64,000 nucleotides of DNA, from positions 6,312-70,311 of the forward strand of contig DYLH01000002.1 in the NCBI GenBank assembly GCA_020722185.1. The letters are read 5' to 3'. The notes under the pieces are model-generated. The model saw only the letters and a list, made by a program, of their open reading frames with translations. It was not told the origin of the DNA and made no database searches. The stretch comes from Candidatus Avelusimicrobium gallicola. GTDB lineage: Bacteria > Elusimicrobiota > Elusimicrobia > Elusimicrobiales > UBA9959. The position numbers were made by a program, and so were the translations under genes. Shown piece by piece: positions 63,812 to 64,000 of the stretch. Position 1 is the first letter of the stretch, and each line of letters starts with the position of its first letter.

Positions 63812-64000
63812 TGAAAAGAGAGACAGCAAAACAAATTCTTATCCACCTCGCTCTCATCTCTGCCGCTATTATTTGTGTTTATCCGCTTTCCAGAATATTT
63901 ACAGTTTCCATCAGGCCTGGAGACAGAGTGATTTCTACAGATTTAGCCTTGATCCCGGATGGCGCAACATTCCTCTCTTATATGAAATTGCTTAAAGAAA
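63811..64000 (+). CDS. Sugar ABC transporter permease 2 (MalG-like), 5' part only
   Basis: The ATG at 63811 overlaps the upstream TAA (TAATG). My translation is MKRETAKQILIHLALISAAIICVYPLSRIFTVSIRPGDRVISTDLALIPDGATFLSYMKLLKE. The frame is open to the window end, so it is absent from the ORF track, which requires a stop codon. Confidence 0.75.
   Translation, partial: MKRETAKQILIHLALISAAIICVYPLSRIFTVSIRPGDRVISTDLALIPDGATFLSYMKLLKE

Noticed and set aside
63777-63995. A 72-aa ORF lies at the window end.
   Set aside because: It is in the wrong frame. The frame starting at the ATG at 63811 (TAATG coupling to the upstream permease) gives a typical MalG-like N-terminus and stays open to the window edge.
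1-64000. I searched for mobile elements, integrases, CRISPR arrays, toxin-antitoxin pairs, restriction-modification or other defence genes, and for a compositional island.
   Set aside because: None was recognised. All ORFs longer than 150 aa other than two (54816..55523 and the DUF885-like gene) have clear housekeeping assignments, and the base composition looks uniform by eye.

Overview
AT-rich, very densely packed bacterial chromosomal segment with about 60 CDS, 3 tRNAs and 1 riboswitch. Many stop/start overlaps are present and standard code 11 reads cleanly. The content is overwhelmingly core housekeeping.

Gene blocks in order:
(1) + strand: proS (5'-truncated by the window), a nitrilase-family amidase, then an overlapping run rimP-nusA-infB-rbfA-nrnA-truB-ribF, a small membrane protein and a hydantoinase-like amidohydrolase.
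(2) - strand: tRNA-Met(CAU), greA, an orphan GspE/PilB-type ATPase and a single-ACT aspartokinase.
(3) + strand: malic enzyme.
(4) - strand: purB, a short archaeal-type purA, etfB and etfA, all overlapping.
(5) + strand: PAS histidine kinase and a receiver-only response regulator.
(6) + strand: FMN riboswitch followed by ribBA-ribH-ribD-ribE.
(7) A roughly 22 kb uninterrupted minus-strand run: TPR-SpoIID protein, GT4, GT2, yceD-rpmF-plsX-fabG-acpP-rnc, acyl-CoA dehydrogenase, and a complete 14-gene nuoA-N operon.
(8) + strand: tRNA-Lys(CUU), tRNA-Leu(UAG), then tig-clpP-lon, a DUF885 protein, an ABC ATPase, an ABC-2 permease, a His-rich membrane protein and a GT4.
(9) ackA (-), a small membrane-anchored hypothetical (+), and clpB (-) with CIRCE-like operators.
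(10) + strand: a small membrane protein and a MalEFG-like sugar ABC transporter, whose last gene runs off the window.

I saw no transposase or integrase, no CRISPR array, no recognisable defence, toxin or phage genes, and no obvious compositional island. I could not identify a convincing, discrete novel multi-gene system.

The most interesting leads are regulatory or architectural:
- duplicated CIRCE-like operators at clpB;
- an FMN riboswitch embedded in extra inverted repeats;
- a short archaeal-type PurA fused into an operon with EtfBA;
- a GspE-type ATPase translationally coupled to an aspartokinase;
- a lon-linked DUF885 / ABC / His-rich protein / GT4 cluster.

All functional calls rest on motif recognition by eye. 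No database search was possible.
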